DNA of 64,000 bases from Octopus vulgaris. Its lineage: Eukaryota. This document shows, in pieces, positions 41,716 to 57,957 of the stretch; position 1 is the stretch's first letter, and each line of letters begins with the position of its first letter. The position numbers and the translations under genes are program-made. Location of the stretch: contig OX597825.1 in NCBI GenBank assembly GCA_951406725.2, positions 66,526,001 to 66,590,000 of the forward strand, given 5' to 3'. Below the pieces are notes generated by a model, which worked only from the letters and a program-made list of their open reading frames with translations, was not told the origin of the DNA and did no database searches.

Positions 41716-42614
41716 GCTACTGAAACTACAGGTGTTGATTTTCTATCTGTCGTTGTGTGTAGTCTTTGTTGTGGTCGTTATTTGAAGCACTATTCTCGAA
41801 TACTGCATAGAATATTGATATCTAACACCTCTGTCTGTGGCACAGAAGAAATTCAACAAAGAAAACCCAACGTTGCCATCTCAACCTGTTGCGTATTGCA
41901 AAACTACAGAACCAAGGTTGCTATGTATAATTGGTTTTAAAGAGACAAGCTATTTAAGGGTTTGAATCTTTTAGGGGTTTGAGTTTTCAAAGATCTTGAA
42001 TATTTAAATGGTTTGAAGCAAAAAGGGCTTGTAGTCGTTAAAACATAAGAGGAAGTAGGGGAAATATCTGGTGGTATTCTTCGGGTTCCTTGAGTTCTGA
42101 TTTCAAACCCAGCCGAGATCGAGATTCCTTTTTGTCATTCGAAGATCGATAAATAAAGTATCTATTTAGAGCACTAATAGAATAGCATGGTTTGAGCATC
42201 GAGCGGAATGTGTAGCGGTATTTGTCCCTATTCGTTGAACTCTAAGATCAAATCCTACCATAGCCTACTTCAGTCATAGACTTAATCTTTAACCTCCATG
42301 AAAACCCCCATGACCACCACTCACTGTGCTGCAAACATTCGAATCAGTACTTCGGTTTGGAGATACATTCCTTCCTACCCTCAGTTTCCCTATAAAAGGT
42401 CACACAGGATACCTGTTCGCCTAACTATGTAAAAAAGCCAAATAATTTTTTTATCATTTTTAACGATCAGAATACTTAGCTTGGTATTGAAATATCTACC
42501 CCCATTTAATTAAATGGTTAATTAAAGAGTTAATTATCGCTGGGCATGTTTCTTTACAAAGTTGATACTAGAGTTGATATCATTAAATATAAAAAAGTAC
42601 AATAATCCACTTAC

Positions 42615-42800
42615 ACAGAAGCACACGCTGGTTTTCTGAGTATCGCGAAAGTCCTAGCTGGAGAACATATATTCCGAGTTCTTTTACAGGGCTTAGAAAA
42701 ACTGAAGGACCGCTGCAATGTGTGAATCTAAGAGGGGGATGCTTGGAATAAAATCGTAATTAACTGATCTTCGTGTATTTTCTTTTACCTAAAGCCTAGA
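42615..42800 (+). pseudogene. Mariner transposase C-terminal relic
   Basis: Frameshifted WFSE...EFF.QGLEKLKDRC..CVNLRG..LE*. Confidence 0.55.
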
Positions 42801-43174
42801 ACAATTCAACCTTCGCCTGGTACACAAGTACCTATACACATACACATACGTGTTTGTATGGTGAAAAAGGTAAACTCTTCGACTCTTTTGCAAGATAGAA
42901 AATAAAAGGATGGATGAATTCAAGACAGTAAACAACGATTCATTAATGTGTATACATAAGGAGATGTTATGAAGTTTATCACTGACCTACAACAATAATA
43001 ATAAAAAGTGTCACATCCTAATATTTTATCTATCTTTGTTCAGCAGGTGGTAGAATCAGCAGAGCGTCGGATAAAATTATTGATACTTTATGTTCCTATA
43101 TATTTCAAGTTCATCTCTCTATGAAAACGATCTGCCCTTCGTTCCACAAATGTGGAAGTCCATACACATATGTA

Positions 43175-43276
<102 letters not shown>

Positions 43277-43283
43277 GTATATG

Positions 43284-43330
<47 letters not shown>

Positions 43331-43456
43331 GTACGTATATGTATATATAATTTAAAATAATAAGGGTGAAAAATTGAATATTAATTTGATTAATATCAAT
43401 TTAAAACCAGTGGTCTAGCATATAGAAAAATCTGAAGATTCAGAGAAATTATATTA

Positions 43457-43718
43457 CATACATATAAGAGGGATGACCTGTAAGTGGCCACCCATTATGC
43501 TAGAATTCGACCCCCTATGGTCTTACCACTAAGTGGTAACAACGAAACTGGTTTGTGATTAATCTGTATATTTTGTATCTTTTCATTTGTCTTGCTCGCC
43601 TACGTTCTGGCGTTTGCTAAATTTTCTTGAGAACATTCCTTTCTTAGTGGTAAGACCATAGGGATCGACTTCTAGCATAATGGATGTCCACTTAGTGGTC
43701 ATCCCTTTTATATGTATG
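43457..43718. repeat. Fold-back unit with ~77-bp inverted arms (43457-43533, 43643-43718), pLTR-like
   Basis: CATACATATAAGAGGGATGACC...GGTCTTACCACTAAG versus the reverse complement of CTTAGTGGTAAGACC...CCCTTTTATATGTATG. Confidence 0.8.
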
Positions 43719-44387
43719 TGTGTGTGTGTTTATTTATTTATTTAGAATTAACCAAAGGACATAATCAGTATGTCTCCCTGCTGGAAATAACAGTCAAAAC
43801 TCTTATTTAAGTCGCCGAGAATACACTGATAATAACTACAGAAATCAACCGTCTGCGGCCAAACAGGCTAAGACAATCTCTCAGCATATATTCAAGTATT
43901 TGGACTCACATGGACCGGTTTCTGCACCGGCAAAAAGCTTTAGCTTCTTCAGCACGCGTTACCCTAATGGAGAGCCTCAACCCGTCGTGTTGAAGTCTGC
44001 TCTGCATCTGATTTGTTCTGCACCGAATCATGGCAGCCACCAGTGTGAAAATAATTTCAATACGGAGGAAATAATTCAGGAGAAAATATCATCGCAAATA
44101 TTTTAGAGAAGACAAAAAAATTAATAAATAAATAAACTAGCAAAAAATGTATTTTGTAGTTTTGTCTTCTCTCCTATATGAACATTTAATGTGGTTTTAG
44201 AGTCAGGTTTCGACTGCTATTTTCAGCGTGGTGGTATCTCTTAGATACTCTAAATTATAATTTTAAATAATTATTACCATTGAAAGGTTTTTTTATTCCC
44301 ATGCTGGCCACCTGATAAGATCGGTATTTAAATGTCGATCTTATCCTTATTTATACAAATGCACACACACATACACACACACACACA

Positions 44388-44660
44388 TGAAGGTGCATAG
44401 TTTAATGGTTGAGGAATTGCACACGCGATTGCAAGATCATGGGTTCGATTCCCAGACCGGGCGTTACGTGGTGTTCTCGAGCAAAGCACTTCATTTCCCG
44501 TTGCCCTGCGATCATTTCGCCATCTGACATGTGGCATGTGGTGCACCTGTACAGGTAATGCCAATTTGATGGACGGAGTGAGATTATGAAGTAAGTTCTT
44601 GTTAGCATATTAAGCAAAGAAGCACCACGTGTTTCATAGCTGCTTGCGAAGAACTCTGTC
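44388..44660 (+). mobile_element. Older tRNA SINE (C-type head, fourth tail type); relative at 29515-29790
   Basis: GGGTTCGATTCCCAGACCGGG B box; body ...GTGGTGCACCTGTACAGG... shared with 29515-29790. Confidence 0.6.
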
Positions 44661-45861
44661 TCTATAGTAACCAAAGATGCTGCGCATGCGCACAAGGAAT
44701 GTAACAATGTAACCACCAAATTAAGTGTAATCAACAAATTGAGAGTTTTAAAAAAATAATAAATGTCTGTTTTGAACAATGTTTTGACTGGTATTTCTAG
44801 CAATCTTTTAATGTTTTTCACTGTTTAATGTAGCTTGTTTAATGTCTTGACATATCGGTGCGCCCCACCAAGCCTCTACTGTGACAGATGATGGAAGAGG
44901 CAGCGAACGCATTATTTTCTGATTGGCTGAAATTTCTGTAAATTATCAAACTTTGAACACCTGTAGCATTTTCGCAAAATTCTCTGGAATAAATGACTAA
45001 CAAATTCGGATTCAGCGTCAAATATTACATCTATATGATCCATTAAAATTTTTTTTTAAGATTTCAACATGCATTGACAATAACCACAGAAATCCGAAAC
45101 TTCTAACCAACGATATTATTGCTTCCTAATTTCAGATTAATTAAAATAACTGAAATTAGTACGGTTAATCGAATCAGTATTTGGGTCACACTAATCGACA
45201 GCTATGCACTCTACCCAAGATTTCTGTTGGAAGCATTTAGTTTCGTCCTCTCTAGGATACGAATTCAAATATTCAGGAGCTGATTAAACACCTCATCCTT
45301 TCAGGACTTGGTAAAACGTGTTAATTATCATAGACTTGAACCGATTCAACCTTTGAGCAGTGACATCACAAGCTGTATCTACTAGTCTACTTAACACCAA
45401 CACAACAGCAATCAAAACAACGGGTTTGTTTTGAAATAAACCTTACAGCAACAATAGTAGTTAAAACTACTGAAAAACAGCTGCTTTCATATTTTATCAA
45501 ACGAGAGCAACCAACAAGTTATCAGTGACTTACAAACAAGAAAAACAGCATGGTCAACGATAGCTGTAACAACTGGAATAATGACAAAACCAATAACAAA
45601 AGAACTAATGGTTTCGTTTTGAAAGTCGTTGTTCTGTTCTCTCACTGAAGACCAGGGAATATTTCTTCATATTTTCAAATGCATTAAACAAAGCAGCATT
45701 TTTCGCATTGTCTGATATAGCGTGCCTTTAATTAGCAAATATTCTTAGAGAAGAATCAACCAAACTAACTTTACGCAGAGTGAAAAATAGAAAGGCTGGG
45801 AGAGAGAGAGAGAGAGAGGGAGGGAAAGATAGATAGAGAGATAGATAGAGAAATAGAGAAA

Positions 45862-45892
<31 letters not shown>

Positions 45893-46487
45893 AGGGAGAG
45901 AGAGAAAGAAGTAATGAGAAATATACAAAGAGAAAGCGAAAGGAAAACACGAGGAGAAGTAAAAGAAAAAAAAGAAAGAAAAACAGGAAGAAAATAACGT
46001 GTTTCTTTTTAAACAGGAACACACAAAACCATTGGTCTGGCTTGCAAAGAAATAAAAGTTTATTCATATGTCATATGATAATTCTAAACCTAAGCGGAAG
46101 TCGTAGAGATAAAGCTCTTGGTACAATGGCGTGATAAGCTACTCTGTGGAACGCAAGTTACACCATAGGTTTCAAGGAATGAGTCAAATATTTCAATAAC
46201 TGACGCGAGTCAACTGATTCAACGAATAGGATTCCAATGTTCGTTTGTGAATGGAATGTACAATTGGAATATAATGACGCTGCATGTTTAGTACTCATCC
46301 TTATAATTAAAATCTTTGATTTCCCAAATGGTTCTGACGTTGGTCAGTTTTATATGCCGCTTTTTAAATTCTTAGTCGACGGTCAACTGGTTCACAAATG
46401 CTTATACTCTGTTTAATAAAGTATATTAAAGAGAAAAATTACATTCTATATCATTTATATATGGATGTCCGTATGTCTGTATACATG

Positions 46488-46585
<98 letters not shown>

Positions 46586-46682
46586 CACACATACATATAT
46601 ATATACATGCACACATATATATACACACACACACACATATATATATGTATGCATGCGTGTATGTATGTATGTATGCATGTGT

Positions 46683-46727
<45 letters not shown>

Positions 46728-46742
46728 TAGATAGATATAGAT

Positions 46743-46773
<31 letters not shown>

Positions 46774-47456
46774 CGTACATACATACATACATACATAATT
46801 ACGTACATAAATATATACATAAATATTTCTGTATGAATACATACGTATGTATGCATACGGAAAGGCATCAACACACAATGATGGTGATGATGATGATGAT
46901 AACAAACTGAAAAAGAGGAGGAGGAGTGAGAAGGAGAAGAAGAAGAAGAAGAAGAAGAAGATGAAGAAGAAGAAGAAGAAGAACAACAACAACAACAACA
47001 AGAAAAAGGAGGGGAGGGGGAGGATTTTATTGTTCACAAGGAGCTGGATAAGGGGACGATGGATGCACAAATGGCAAAAATATATTAAAAGCTGAAATAT
47101 GCAACAAACATATTTTAACTAATCTAAAGTTTACTTATGTCAAAACATTACTTGACGCTGACACTCCTGAATTTCTGCCAATATGGCGGTCTAATAGCGC
47201 AATTCAGTCAATGTTGCTGACTGTGTCTTGGTTGAAGTTACGGCTTTAAGTCTACCCAGAGTCATCTCTGTTCGGTATTTTCCATTGTTATTCTTGTTAA
47301 AGAGTTAGAGACGTTGCGTCTGAGAATCCGACAAGGAGCAACACTGGGCAACAGCTTTTTGCCACAAGAGGGCATCTATTTTTCAACGGTAATGGCAGTA
47401 AATTTGCCTTTAGAAGTTGGAATATGTCACAAACATATTTTAATTGACCAAAACCT

Positions 47457-47545
<89 letters not shown>

Positions 47546-47659
47546 TGTGTGTGTTTGTGTGTGTATACATGCATACATAAATATATATATACACACACAC
47601 ATATATATATATATATACGTATGTATGTATACACACACACATATATATATATATATGTG

Positions 47660-47888
47660 TGTGAGTGTGTGTATGTTTGTGTGTCTGTATCCCTCTGCCC
47701 AACATCGCTTGCCAACCGATGCTGGTGTATTTACGTCCCCGTAAGTTAGCAGTTCGGCAAAAGAGACCGATAGAATGAGTACTAGGCTTACAAAGAATAG
47801 GTCCAGGGATCGATTTGCTCGACTAAAGGCGGTGCTCCAGCATGGCTGCAGTAAAAGGATTGAAACAAGTAAAAGAATAAAAGAATAT
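47660..47888 (+). mobile_element. Family-B SINE 3' half
   Basis: CCGATGCTGGTG...GGCGGTGCTCCAGCATGG...AAAAGAATAAAAGAAT. Confidence 0.8.
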
Positions 47889-47991
47889 ATAACGTTGTGT
47901 GACCCGTCCTTGTTCCCTTTGTATCGTCTGTCTGGGTGTTTTGTTGTCCCTATCGTCTACCTATCTGGACGTTTTGCGTCCTTGTCCCATT

Positions 47992-48056
<65 letters not shown>

Positions 48057-48080
48057 AGCAACAAGAATGACTCCGGTAAT

Positions 48081-48166
48081 TTGGTACAGTTGTTTCGCAC
48101 TACAACATTTTATTAAAAGTTGTAAGAATTACAGCAGATTTAAGATGTTGAGTGCTCTTCAGCCAA
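48081..48166 (-). ncRNA. Type I hammerhead ribozyme motif, intact core
   Basis: Minus TTGG-CTGAAGA-GCACT-CAACA...TGTTG-T-AGTGC-GAAA-C-AACT-GTA-CCAA; helix I TTGG/CCAA, helix II GCACT/AGTGC, GUA triplet; 30 nt from a (TA)n run. Confidence 0.75.
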
Positions 48167-48233
48167 TTATATAGGTTTTCCAATTATATAAAAGCTTTCA
48201 AATTACTACTTGATTTGAAAGCTTTTATATTAT

Positions 48234-48450
48234 AGATCGCCATGTTGATTCGCTAGCTTCTGCACGCATTTTTTGTCTCTCCCTGTTTCTTTCCGTGATT
48301 CTTTTCTGTGTATCTTTCTGTTGAAGAGCGTAGGCTCGAAACGTAAAAGACTTGTTTTATTTATATTCCTGAGCGCCATACTAATACAATTGTTTGTTTG
48401 TATTCCACCTGCTTTCGTCTTTTGTTTATTTTCATAAAGCTTCCCGTTAT
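48234..48450 (+). mobile_element. ~215-bp hammerhead-bearing monomer, copy 4; HHR 48313-48350
   Basis: TCTTT-CTGTTGA-A-GAGC-GTAG-GCTC-GAAA-CGTA-AAAGA; close copy of 11278-11492; ends in (TA)n. Confidence 0.7.
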
Positions 48451-48471
48451 ATATATATATATATATATATG

Positions 48472-48535
<64 letters not shown>

Positions 48536-49041
48536 GGAAATAGGAGCATTCTGTTACGTCGGTTACGACGACGAGGGTCCCAACCGAGCAATCAACAGAA
48601 CTGCTTGCTCGTGAAATTAACGTGCAGGTGGCTGAGTACTTCACGTAGTTGCATGTGTAGCTATGCATTTGCATGTTTATGTATGTACATGTACATTTAT
48701 ATATGTGTGTGTGTGTGCTTATATGTGTATGCTACGTAGTTTGTTGGATTATAAGAACGACACAAGATTGATTCGTAATAATCCGATATAGCAGGAGAAA
48801 AAAAAGTCCAGGTATGATGATGATGATGATAATGATGATGATGATGATGACGATGATGATGGTGACCAAGATAATGATGATGATAGTGATGATGATGATG
48901 ATGATGATGATGACAATGATGATGATGACAATGATGATGATGGTGATGATGGTGATGATAATTTCTTTTGACAGTGACTCAGTCTACAATTTGTGTGGTG
49001 ATGTTTCCATAAAAAAATTATTGCTGTTGCTGCTGCTGTTG

Positions 49042-49171
<130 letters not shown>

Positions 49172-49492
49172 CACTACTACTACTACTACTATTACTACTA
49201 CTACTAGGATAGGAGACTACCATCGATCTCAGTACTTGACTAATACTTAATTTCATCGACCCAGAAAGGATAAGAAGCAAAGATGACGTCGGCGTGATTT
49301 GAAGTCAGAAAGTAAAGAACCACTGCTGCTGCTGCTGCTGATGATGATGATGATGAGGAGGAGGAGTAATAGGATGATGATAGCGGCGGCGGTGTCGGAC
49401 GGCAACGACGACGACGACGACGATGACGACGATGATGATGACGATGATGGTGGTAGTGATGATTTTCTTGAAATCCTGTTTTCGCTGAAATC

Positions 49493-49803
49493 CTATGTAA
49501 TTATTAATGGTTTGTTATGTGATTGTAGCTCTGGTTGTTTTTGCTCTATAGAAGGTGATGTTGGCATGTGAATATCTGATAAACTCTCTACTTTTCTATC
49601 GGACCCTCCTGCCTTTTCATCTTGGGTCAACCTAGTATTTTCTTCCAATTTTTCTTTTCCAAAACCGGACAAAAGACCCTCAAATTGTGGGCAATTTGTG
49701 CTGGCAATGTCATGCATAGAGCTCTCAAATTTGCAGCGCTTTGGAACGTAAGATTGGAGCAATATATATTTACCTGTGAACGGATGCTTTTGTGCAATGC
49801 TTC
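49493..49803 (-). CDS. Candidate coding exon of an unidentified host gene
   Basis: Non-repetitive; acceptor TCTTTGCAG at 49804; open frame SIAQKHPFTGKYILLQSYVPKRCKFE...KPLIIT* of about 102 codons; no recognisable domain. Confidence 0.3.
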
Positions 49804-50235
49804 CTGCAAAGACACGTTTTGATTACATACTGCTGCCAATCAAGTGAGGGGGAAAATAAAAACTCTCTACGTCAAAGCAGTAATTTTCTATAAGTATTTT
49901 TTCTATACCTATTTCATTTCTTCTATCAAATACAGCTGTCTGTATACGCTACCAAATCTCTTTTACTTGTTAATCAAAAAGAACAATAACAAGATCCCAA
50001 ACCAATAAATAAATGATATAAGAAACGTAAAGTAACTAACAGTAACTAAAGTTCCTCTTGGTAGTCAATGTTGTTTGTATGATAGTAAATTCCAATATAC
50101 ATAGGATGAAAGGAAACTAATAAATAACTGATTATTGGCGGCGAAAACAAGATGCTTAGATAGTACTTGTGTCTTATCTGTTTCCGAAATCGGAATGGTA
50201 CAATGACAACATTATTTTGATATTGTAATAATTTA

Positions 50236-50297
<62 letters not shown>

Positions 50298-50453
50298 TTG
50301 AAAATACACATACTTATGTGTGTATATAATGCATGAATGCATGCATAGATATGCAATATGTATATATACATGTATATATAACAATAGAAATATGTTACAA
50401 AAAGAAAATAGACTACATACATACATATATATCTCACTCTCTCTCACTCTCTT

Positions 50454-50550
<97 letters not shown>

Positions 50551-50804
50551 CATATATATATATATATATATATATATCATTATATTGAATTTGTATGCAT
50601 TTTTGTGTTTATGCATGTATATATATTATATATATTATATATTTATTATATACAGATATTATATTAGACATATACATTCATACAGTACTGTATATATATA
50701 TATTTATACATACATATGTATAATTTATCTATCTGTCTACCTGTCTACCTGTCTACCTACCTACCTACCTACCTACCTACCTACCTACCTACCTACCTAC
50801 CTAC

Positions 50805-50840
<36 letters not shown>

Positions 50841-50868
50841 ATATCTATCTATCTCTCGCATATGTTCT

Positions 50869-50899
<31 letters not shown>

Positions 50900-51850
50900 G
50901 TATACATAATACATGCATGCACGCATACATACATACATACATACATACATACATACATACATACATACATACATACATACATACATGCATGCATACTTAC
51001 ATATAAAGCGAAAGAGGGAGAGAAAGCAAGAAAAGGGATAAAAAAGGAAGAGAGCGTGAGTTGAGTGTGCGTGAGGAAGTTATTTGATATTGATATAAGA
51101 AACAAAATCATATCACGAAATACGTATCCTTCAGCGATATAATCCAAAGTAATATATACATACAAAGGTCGTATTAACTTTAAGATGTATGAATATTCAT
51201 TCCTTTATTACTATTTTGTGCAGAAGGCGTGAAAAAATAGATACAGTGGAATGGTATTGAGAAGATTCCTTTTGGTAATAGAATTAAAGATGTGATGAGA
51301 AACTAGCAATTACAAATATGATTACATCCTTTATGGATTTTTATGGATCGTTCCGGGAGTCCGGAGCGTTCGGAGCGTTACTGTGAGGAATCGTCAGAGC
51401 GTTACTGTTTTCGGTATTTCTTAGATAAAACTACTCCTGATGCTACCCACCTTATCTTCAGCAACCAATGGGATGGTTTGAGTCCAGCGCGTGTAAGCTG
51501 AATAGAACGCTTATTTAGTCTTTATACTCTCTCTCTCGATCTCTCACACGTGCACGCATACACACACATGCGCCCATACACACGCGCGAATGCGTATCTG
51601 TATACGTGTATTTCATGTACTTACAAATGTATGTATATATGTATGTATGTCATTTTTCAGTTTTATTTCAAGATTTCTTGCCAATAGATAAGGAGCCGAT
51701 TTCTAACCTAGGTAGAAATCTCCTTCATTTGAATTTCAACATCAGCAGGCTATTTTTGCATGTATGTATGTATGTATGTATGTATGTATGTATGTATGTA
51801 TGTATGTATGAATGTATGTATGAATGTATGTATGTGTGTATGTATGTATG

Positions 51851-51884
<34 letters not shown>

Positions 51885-52576
51885 TGTATGTATGTATGTA
51901 TGTACACACAGTAATAAGAGAGAATTTGTAACTCAGAGGATTTCGCTTAAAGTATAACGGTCACTGATAAATTACAACTTGATAAATTCTTATGAAGATT
52001 TTATCCTATTTTTATATTTTAAATTTAACCGGATATATTCAATACTGAATTTTTATTCCGAATAAACACGTTTTTACCGAAATGCAATTCGAAAAAGCCC
52101 GCCATTTACATAGATGTATAACGTTTGAACATTTCTGCGTGCTGCGTTGGATACCACGGTTGTTCGCCTGCAAAGTTGTTTTTGTTTATTCATTATAAAT
52201 ATTGAATTATACTTACACTGAGGAGTAAAGAGTGTATACCACTGCACTGATTACGAAATCACTGTGTGATATGCAGCTGAATTCTGTTTTTAAATGACTT
52301 GCTTCGAGAGTTGGTTTCGGTACGATATGTTTATTTATTCTAATAGTTTTGACTTTAAGAGGCCCTCCTAGCGTGTGGCATTTATGTGTAATAATGCCCT
52401 CTATATAATATAAATAAACATATTTAAGTGAAAAAATTGATGGATCTTTTCTCTTATGAGGTTATTCACGCTAACTACTTGATAAATTCATATGAAGATT
52501 TTATCCTATTTTTAAATTGTATATATATATATACACACGTATACATATACATATATACATGTACATCTCTCTCTCT

Positions 52577-52783
<207 letters not shown>

Positions 52784-52784
52784 G

Positions 52785-53780
52785 ACAATAAAATATAACG
52801 ATGAATTAATATTATGATATATTAAATATGTTATAATATAGGTGGCTAAAGCAATTAAAAACCTAAAAGGTAGAATACATAAATAAGGGTGCAGAATAGC
52901 ACCTACAATTGCTAGAAATAAGAGCTAAAAATATAACTCGAATAGTCACACAAAATCACCAACCTCATGAGATGTTCAAAGAGACTGCGAGCGGCAGGCC
53001 ACAGCATCTTACTCCACCGAGATATAACTCGCTGAACTTAAGTAATTTGATAATACCCTATCATATGACTTCGAAATTTAACCAATAAGATTTCGTTTCT
53101 CTTCAGGAAAATCCACAAATTACTCCGGGCTAAAGAGATAGCTTGTTTCCCATTAGCTTGTAGTAGTCTATGTAGCTAAATAGTTGAATGATCTCCCTTG
53201 CACGAATATTTATAAAGTAATCTCCCTTTACTAAGTTTCTCGAAGCATTTGTGTCATGAGACGTTTCGTAACGTTTCTCTTGGAAGTTTGTAGAATGTCT
53301 ACCGTTCCATTAATAAAAACAGCTTGCTAACCCAGCTCTTCGCTTCTTAGTCGATTAGTCTTAGAGCCATTCACGTTATTGCTATGCCCGTCTATTTCTC
53401 TACGCCACATGACTGAAAACCACCACTTAGCAGTTATTTCTATATTTTCTATCTCTGAACTTTCTTGCATAGACTACTTCATTCAACTAGATTCTACATT
53501 TTGATTATGTATCATCATCGACCAGTAAATAAAATATATTTTTATGTAGTAAATATATAGTTCTTAAATTTTTTCTTCTTCTCTGTAAGAACTCTTGTAA
53601 TAATATACACGCAGCCGTATCAACTCCATGATACTGAATATATATTACCACTACAAGCTCATGAGGGAAACTAAGCGTTGAACAGCGAGCACCAAACTTC
53701 AAAGCGGTTTGAGCGTATATAAACACACAATAAGATATTATAACGATAAATTAATATTATGATATATTAAATACGTTATA
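52785..53780 (-). mobile_element. ~1-kb unit bounded by ~50-bp direct repeats, pLTR-like, with hammerhead relic at 53056-53109
   Basis: ACAATAAAATATAACGATGAATTAATATTATGATATATTAAATA at 52785 and 53727; minus CTGAAGA-GAAA...TTTC-GAAG-TCATATGA-TA. Confidence 0.5.
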
Positions 53781-53781
53781 T

Positions 53782-53816
<35 letters not shown>

Positions 53817-53818
53817 TC

Positions 53819-53860
<42 letters not shown>

Positions 53861-54020
53861 CGCGTGTAATATTTAGGTTATTTTAAAACCAGTCTAATAA
53901 AGAAACATTTACTAATGAAATGACGCTATGATGAACGTAGGCATGAAGTTTACAAGCTGTCTCTCCCTCCCTGTCCCCCTCTCTCTCTCTCTCTCTGTCC
54001 ATCCATCCATCCATCCATCC

Positions 54021-54100
<80 letters not shown>

Positions 54101-54574
54101 CAGTGGTGTCCAACCTGAAGCCTTGTGATTCCGAAGCCAAGACAACCATATTTCCGTTTAAATTACGTCACAATAGACAATATTAACAAGAGTATATTGC
54201 ATCAAAATACCATTATATTATTCTGGAACCTACATCCACTGGAACAACAATATTTCATTGTATGTGTTCAACAGTTTTGCCTTGTTTTTCAGAAACCGAT
54301 AGCAGAAGTTATGGTAAAATTTAATTGGAAATAAACGGAACTTCTATCCATGAGATAGGTTCGTCACTCATTAATTGAAAGCTAAAGTTAACCATAATTA
54401 TGTATAAAATTCTTTGTATTTTGGCATCAATTAATTATAAATTGGTAAATGATCTCACCAATAACTCCGGCTTTAGCGTTGTATCTGTTATAGCTTGATT
54501 TATTTCGTTATTTAAAGTTAGGCAGTCTTGTCAACAAAAGCATTGACATGCGAAACGCACTCAGATAACAAGTT

Positions 54575-54838
54575 TCCGGTTTCCGGTTTCCTTGGCGTAT
54601 AGGTTCCCCACCTGGACGGGACGCCGGTCCGTCGCAAGTGAGCTGCAAGATGCAGGAGGAAAGAGTGGAAGAAAGTTGTGGCGAAAGAGTCAGCAGAAGT
54701 TCGCCATTACCTTCTGCCGGAGCCGCGTAGAGATTAGGTGTTTCGCTCATAAACATACACATCGCCCAGTCTGAGATTCGAACCCACGATCTCTCGATCG
54801 TGAGTCCGCTGCTCTAACCACTAGGCCATGTGCCTCCA
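54575..54838 (-). mobile_element. Family-D SINE with tail 2
   Basis: Reverse complement of the 15482-15781 family. Confidence 0.85.
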
Positions 54839-55651
54839 CTGATAGATAGTCATGTTGTGAAAATCTCTTAAAAATATCAAGTGTGACCGCTTTAGTGTTC
54901 GCAGCGATTACAAGGGAGATAATTTATTTTATATTATGCGGCGTGTTGAGACATTTAAATTTGAGATTAAGGGATCATAAGGAAAAAGATATACAGAAAG
55001 ATATATAAAGATATATAAAGATATATTCATTCTTTATAGAAATCGTGAGCATTACGTAACCTTTGACGTACTAATTAAACATTTTACGAAGTGCGGCATT
55101 TCATTAAACATGGAAATAATTAATCAGGGGTAAAGTCACGTAATATGTTTTGTCTTTGTTTTTTCTTCGTAGAACGTTAACAGATTAGGTATGAGGAGAA
55201 AAGGAAACTTCTTAGTGTTTACATACGGAATAATAATTCCTTCTAGGAAAATATTTCATTTGAAAATTCTTAGCTTATATCGTATATTCAACTCCTGCGA
55301 GGATCCAATCAAACATCGCTGATTCATTTATTTTTCCTGAATTTGCTAATAACCTGGAGAAAGAGACGAACATCAATATTTCCTTTTTTATTTAGTTTAA
55401 AAGCGATGTAAAAGGCAGCTAATAAATGAGATAGTAGGGTATTTGGTTTTGATATTTAATTAGTAGATATGTACGAATGCTTATCTTAAATTCCCAACAC
55501 AGCTCATTAATAATAAATTATTCAACAACAAAGCTACAACACTCATTTGTTGTATATAGACATTATTCTCTACCTATCTTAATAACACCATCCATGCACC
55601 TGCATATTTATCTACCTATCTCTTCATCTATCCATTCATCCACCTTTTATA

Positions 55652-55729
<78 letters not shown>

Positions 55730-55730
55730 C

Positions 55731-55803
<73 letters not shown>

Positions 55804-56674
55804 CATCTGCTGTCTGTGTGTATCTGTCTATCTATCTATCTATCTATCTGCTGTCTGTATGTATCTGTCTATAGGTATCTGTTTATCCCTTAGATCTCTT
55901 TCTCTCATACATAAATACGGAATATATGGAATTAATCGTGTAGTCTCTTGTTGCGTAGTAGTTGAATTATATTCTTTAGGTCGCAATTTACTCACATGCA
56001 GCATCTTCAGAGCTTTGTCGCTAATTCTCTTGTTAGCCAAATTGAAAGCTGTTAACAATTTTGAAGAGGACTAGGCCCTAGCAACATTTTGACATAAGCA
56101 AATTGAGATTTGGTCCAGTGGAAACAAGTTTACATCGAAATTTGTAGCAACATCATAGGAGAGTATGTAACACCTTCAGTCAAGTTTAGACCTAAATAAC
56201 TTTCTATTTGAAAAGCAAAATGTATTTCTATTTGAAAAGCAAAATGTATTTATCTTAGCTTCAATGATGGAAGAAAACATGAGGAATTTCATAGTTTTGA
56301 TCCTATGCAACAAAAGTTTTTATCGAAAACGTTATGAGGTAAAATATCATGAAAAAAATATAAATATAAGTAAGGCAAAAAATTGGATTTAAGTATAATT
56401 TTATTTTAAAAGCAAACTATAATTTAATTAAGCTTAAATGATAGAGCTTAATTCGAGCAATTTCATGGTATCAATCTCATGCAATGGAGTTTTAAAGGAA
56501 AAAAGTTATGAGTGTTTGTTTCTAAAATTTGAGGGTGATAATGTAGTTCTATACTTTTTTTATGAATATAGTTCTATAAAGGGACATTAATATATGTCAC
56601 CGGCATCATTGAAGTAAAGAAAAATTATCAACGAGACCGTTAGCATAAAAGCATAGCCCGGAAAGAAATCATGG

Positions 56675-57694
56675 ATTACATGGGAAAATGCGAGCAAGAG
56701 AAATATTATTCTTAAGATTATAAACCAGGAAAGTACAGAAATTATTAGACTTGGAAAAGTTCAGGACAAGTTATTACATCTGGTAAAGTACAGAATAAAA
56801 TTTTTACCTAAAATATTGCAGCTAAGGATGAAAATTGAATATTAATTTATTTGATTTTAATTTACAAAGTAACATTATAATTAAAACAGGTACCATAATT
56901 TTGTTAAAAATATTGACACATTAAAATACTAATGAGAGCCATAAGTACCAATATAGCTAAAGTTTTATGCAAAGAATAGTATATATGGTAGGCAAATTCA
57001 TTAAAAAATAGGTATTGGGTCAAGACTAAAAATATGAAGACTTGGCAATAACTTAGGCAATAACTCAAGAAAATGTCACTGTGAAGCTGTTGTTATAGGT
57101 AGATTTTACTGTAATATATAACTAACTTTTGTATTATTCTATTTATTGTACTAACTAAATATGTACTACTATTATATTTTATAACCTATTTTCAAATTTC
57201 TAATTATTAATTAATAATTTTAAAAAATGAATTTTTTTAAAGTGCAAAAAATATTTTAATTGAGGTATAAGATTAAGTTGTCAAAAAATTTTTAGTTTTA
57301 ATAAAAGCTACATTATTTACATTATTTACATTTTGACGGATATTTGCCCTCATCTTGTTTGTTGTTAATACAACGTTTCAGCTGATATAACCTCCAGCCT
57401 CCATCAGGTGTCTTGGGGAAATTTTGAACCTGGGTTCTCATTCCTAAGATATTTTTCGATATTATTATTATTATATATTCCTTCTTTCTTTAAATTTTCT
57501 TCCATTTCCGTACACCTAGGCCATAGAAGCTCATTGTATGCGTTTCCAGATTACACACGCAAATTCACAGGTAAAATATGTATTTAAAAAATTAATAAAT
57601 ATATAAATTCATGAATGGATGTTGTTTTCATAGCGATAATGCTCACGATTTTTTGCACTTCCTGTAGGAATGGTAAGCCTGGTATCATTTCCTG

Positions 57695-57777
<83 letters not shown>

Positions 57778-57957
57778 TTCTATATCTAAATGTTTTATTT
57801 GAAATTTTATCGTTAGCTGCAGTATTTTAAGTAAAAACTTTCTTTAACAGATGTAATAACATTTTTTGAACTTTTCCAAGTGTAATAACTTGTCCTGTAC
57901 TTTTCCAAGTTTATAATCTTAAGAATATTATTTCTCTTGCTCGTATTTTTCCGTGTA